From Chlorokybus atmophyticus (taxonomy: Eukaryota; Plantae; Mesostigma and Chlorokybus algae): DNA of 64,000 nt. Of this stretch, positions 60,027 to 64,000 are shown piece by piece. The notes beneath the pieces were generated by a model that was not told the origin of the DNA, did not search any database, and saw only the letters and a list, made by a program, of their open reading frames with translations. Position numbers and translations under genes: made by a program. The stretch lies in contig RHPI01002090.1 of NCBI GenBank assembly GCA_009103225.1, forward strand, positions 578,221 to 642,220, written 5' to 3'. Within the stretch, counting starts at the first letter, position 1, and the number at the start of each line of letters is the position of its first letter.

Positions 60027-60272
60027 CCGCGGTACTCGTGGTACGGGGGAGTCCGCAGTAGGCCTTTTAGGTGGAGCACAATGAGGTTAATATTGTAGCG
60101 CAGGCAATGCGGCACTGTGATTGCTAGTTAGGTTGTTGTTCTCATTCTCACTGAGCCCCGACCATGTGTTCTCGCTTTTGTGCTACACCTGTCGTAAATT
60201 CATCGAGTTGGCTCAGGTTTGATCAAGGCCGCATGCATGTGAAGCCTGTCAGATTGGAGGCCCTTGCGTGCA

Positions 60273-60273
60273 A

Positions 60274-60304
<31 letters not shown>

Positions 60305-60305
60305 C
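60273..60305. repeat. (GA)n plus G run
   Basis: Direct reading. Confidence 0.9.
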
Positions 60306-60309
60306 ATGC

Positions 60310-63000
60310 TTAGTTTGCAGCAGTACCAATGCCCTTATCAACCATCGCCATGACCACCTTTACACAAGACAACACCAAAAACACTGTACATAACACCTGT
60401 TTATCATTAAATGCAAGTCGTCTTCTGAAAACCATCGCAGTACTAACAACATACGCTACTTGGCCACACACTGGTTTGCATGGTGTTGCTAAACAGACAG
60501 AAGATCGGTAGTTGGTAGCCATCGTGTAGGTTGTCGATGTTGATGTCTTTGAATGGGCAGACCTTGGCATGCTTTCGCCATTGAGCCGGAACCTGCTTAT
60601 GCGGCCACACAACCTTGCACTTCCTGTAGAATATACGCTTCCCACGGCCTCCCCTCCTGGTTTCTTTGCGAATCGGCCCTGGTTGTTGTTGCATTGTTGT
60701 TGTTGATGAAGTAGCTTGTCGCAGCGTTGTGTTGCCACCATCAGCGGCTGAGCACGGGTGTGAAGTCCACATGGTTGATGGTCGCATTCCCACAGTTGTT
60801 GCATGTTGCATCATGCCAACGGCTGGCAGCACATTACAGGCTGATAAAGTCACGCCGGTTGTGGTTGCAGAAGTTTGTTGAAAGGGTGGGGTGCTCATGA
60901 CTTGGAAAGCCGGTACAGCACGAACGCCGTCATGCAATATGAACGTAAAAATGGGAGTTGCTGATGTTGTTGTCGCTGCAGCCGCTGATTGCTGCATGTG
61001 ACCACTAGCTGCGCCCATGGGTGGCTCCTCCATTCCTACTGTTGTATCTCTGACTTATGCATCTGATGCATGCCGGCCCTCGCTTGGTAATCCTCCCGAT
61101 GGCTCGCCCATTGTGTTAGTTGCTTGCTGAGCTGATGTGGGCAAAGTCAATACAGATGATGACCTCTCGCAGGCAGCGTATGCAAGTGCATTCTGCAACG
61201 GCTCCGGCCTCACATTCCCAGTTGAGATCACCTGCAGCAGAAGCATGTGTCTGGTTAGATACATTGCGCAACGATGCGACTCGACCATGGTTTAGCAAAG
61301 CGTTGTGAGAGCTGTGCTTGAGTTTCCCAAGTAGAGCACGTGAACAGGTTGGGTATAGCTCAGTACGCACCTGTTGAGTTTGTTGATTGATCTGCATCGG
61401 TGAAGCCAGGGGTGTGCACATAGCAATGCGCGAGGTTCTGCAAGGCAACTGTCATTGCGGATCTGCTGCAATCTGTGGGAGTGGAACCACCGATGCGCTA
61501 TGTGGGAGTGGGTTCACCAACGCTAAAGTGGCTCGTGTTGAAGCAACTCGCACAACAACAGAAGTCAAGGGGCGTGGCTGATCAGCAACAACCTCATCGT
61601 TGGTGAATGGCAGCTCGCTGTCAACTGCAGGTTCGTTGTCATCAGCACTGTGGTCGGTGTCTTGACATGTTGTTTGTCCTCCTCGAAAGCACTGTTCAAA
61701 AGCACTTACAAACATGTCTATTGTCTTGACATGTGCGCCAGAATGCAATTCCTGTAGCATAACAATGTATCACGCACGCACGCACGCGCGCGCGTGCGTG
61801 TACACACACACACATGGACATCATCGTCTTACCTTCAGCATATCAACAAAGTCGCTGACGCTTCGTGAGCTGCCCACATGCCTCAGCAACATCCGGTGCA
61901 ATGTCTTGTCCACGCCACATTGGTGGGTCAACACAGCTGGAAACGCTTCTTAAACGACAAGCGGCAGTTGCGGCAACAACTCGTCATCATGTGCGGCGTA
62001 GGTGCGCCGATTGCCATCTGCATTGATGGAAGGAGAAAGCAGTTCTAGTTGTTAAGCACTTGTTAACATCATCTATAAAACCAAAGTGGTAACCTACATT
62101 GATCCACACGCACCTGGACAATTCAAGCACTTGTACTCATAAGAGTATAATTAGTTGCAACTCACTCAGTGGTGATGACTCTCCTCAACTTCGCGCGCCA
62201 GCTGTTTTGCGTCAAGTACGCTTAACATTGTGGGCAGCGTATGGACGGCACCAAGCTTGATGAAAATATATGTGATGCCTAAAGGATTACCTGTAACAAG
62301 CCAGCTCTTGATCACAACACGCAACGGCAAAATCACTTACAACAATGACACAAGCAACAACTCACACCTTTGTTCCTGCAGGGACGGTATTCATCTGTAT
62401 GGACATTGGCATTCAATATGGGTGAAGGGACTGGCACGGTGAAGTCCGGCCATATGTCTCTGTCAATAGCAGGCACTTTCCACACACACGACGTGCGCTG
62501 CCATTCCGCCTCAGGTTGGCAAGGTGTCATGCCGCTTCTCTTTTGAGTGAGTGTTAGCTTACGCGTGCGGTGAGCAGCGAAGTCTGTGATAGCTTTCAGC
62601 ACCACTTGCTCATCGTGAGATTCATCTGTTGTACGCGAGACACAATGTGTTAAGTATTGACCAAGCACTCACATATGTCCAACACGCACCGCATATCACC
62701 TGCCCGTGGAGTTGGGCTCCTCACTATGCTCTGTCGTTGTTTCCGTCCGGTACACGCGCATCCCTGCAGAGTAAAAACCATGGGCAATGTTGAAGTCAAC
62801 ACAACGTGCAAAGTTGACATTGTCAATACTTCAACTTTGCAAGAGTGTTGACTTCTCCTTCATGCAGAAAGCACTTACCCAAAGGTACCGGATGACGGGC
62901 CCAATGCAATGCAATTACGGCAGCTGCAGAAGCAATTGCCGCACTCACAGCACTGACAGTTGCTGACATGATGTTCATATTGTCGGTGGCAGCAGCTACT
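60310..63000 (-). pseudogene. Pseudogenised, intron-containing DUF6729-like gene (probably transposon-derived)
   Basis: IRCPQC*AYLTQNSWRAKLRRV...YKCLNCP/DGNRRTYAAHDDELLPQLPLVV*EAFPAVLTHQCGVDKTL...MLK/ELH matches the DUF6729-type pattern (CPxC...RxV...YxCxxC...QLP...FPAVLT...D...ELH) as I recall it. In-frame TAA at 62222-62224 and 61950-61952, a TGA and a frameshift. Degenerate Cys/His C-terminus near 60570-60640. Confidence 0.65.
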
Positions 63001-64000
63001 GGAGTTGCCAGCGATGAGATCACAACCAACATTGCGCAAGGCATCCTTGCAGGCCCAAGCTTGACTGCACTGTCGGGCGGCGCTGGACCGATGGCACAAA
63101 CCGTGCACATGGTGGATGACAACCCATCCGTCCTTTCGTGTGCCAGCGTAGCCGAAGAATGCTGCACCCTCCATACTGACCATGAAGCTCATGACTTAGT
63201 CTGAAATCTGCCGCAAGCAATGCGCAATATTGAAGGTAACAAACCATGCAAGCCACATCGTGCCAAGGACATGCATTGCAATATCACTAATAACAAACCG
63301 CAACAAGATATGTACCTGTCTGACACTCAACGCGCATGCAAGTCGGACATCCTCGCCAACGCTCCTGCATATTTTCCACCTTTGCGAATGACGGAATTGC
63401 ACACACAAGACTGCGCACACTCAGGCATGTTCAACGACACGCAAGGGAGAGCGCGCGCGCGCGCACACGCACACACAACACTATCATCTGCACACCTTTG
63501 CCAATGACGAGGCCGCTGAATCAAGAGGCTGCAACCTTCGCGAATGAAGAGGGTGCACCTACAAGCTGCCATTCGGTAAGGTTTCTGACAGGGCGCGCAA
63601 GGGAGCGAATGTATGCACAGACTCACAAGCCCGTGCACACACGCAAGCGCGCGCACACACATCGGCACGTACCGGTATGGCAGTCAGGGCACGCTCTGTA
63701 TTTTCCCAACCATGTGCCCAATTGCTTGTCGACTCCTAGACAGCAAAGACTCAGCTACAACAACTACATGTACGTATGGCCTTTGAGTGACAATAGCATG
63801 TGGTGACAGCAACCACGTCACAAACACCGCTACCTTCAAGCGCACCAACATGATGTCAACAATGCTAACTAACCTGCTGCGCCACTGTTTGTCTTAGCAT
63901 AGGCCTGGTGGCAGCTTGCACTCTTGACGTCAACTCTTCGTGGCGAGCATCGGCAGCCTGCGGCACCACGTCATGAAGACCATATGCTACACGGGCTCAT

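Noticed and set aside
61950-61952. In-frame TAA at Gln-like positions suggesting a TAA/TAG=Gln genetic code (as in some ulvophytes)
   Set aside because: psbR ends at TAG exactly where the family ends. Long host exons (P450, SNAPC3, KNL1) contain no in-frame TAA/TAG. The affected gene also has a TGA and a frameshift, so decay explains it.

Overview
Eukaryotic nuclear DNA from a green alga. The KNL1, CYP72-clan P450 and membrane-protein homologues look land-plant-like, so a streptophyte alga is my inference. Positions 1-29315 are a nested transposon island. A decayed chromovirus-type Ty3/Gypsy copy has been hit by an 80-bp-LTR TRIM, an apparently intact intron-containing pogo DD35D transposon and a degenerate KDZ-like element. 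These are followed by Copia, CACTA-like and gag remnants, then a full-length Gypsy chromovirus (22443-29315; LTRs, TSD, PBS and PPT all visible). That element carries an extra ~110-aa domain between Gag and protease that resembles a catalytically dead Dam-type N6-adenine methyltransferase, placed directly behind the in-frame gag amber stop. Positions ~30-60 kb hold spliced host genes: a cytochrome P450, SNAPC3, an arylamine N-acetyltransferase with a GNAT only 73 bp downstream, an N-terminally extended PsbR, an MRH-like membrane protein and KNL1. They are interspersed with an AT-rich TE remnant, a decayed mitochondrial-type SSU rRNA insertion and pogo-type MITE/remnant pieces. The window ends in a pseudogenised DUF6729-like gene. 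All calls come from manual reading, motif recognition and in-window comparison; no database search was run. Exon boundaries are manual predictions from GT/AG signals and frame continuity.
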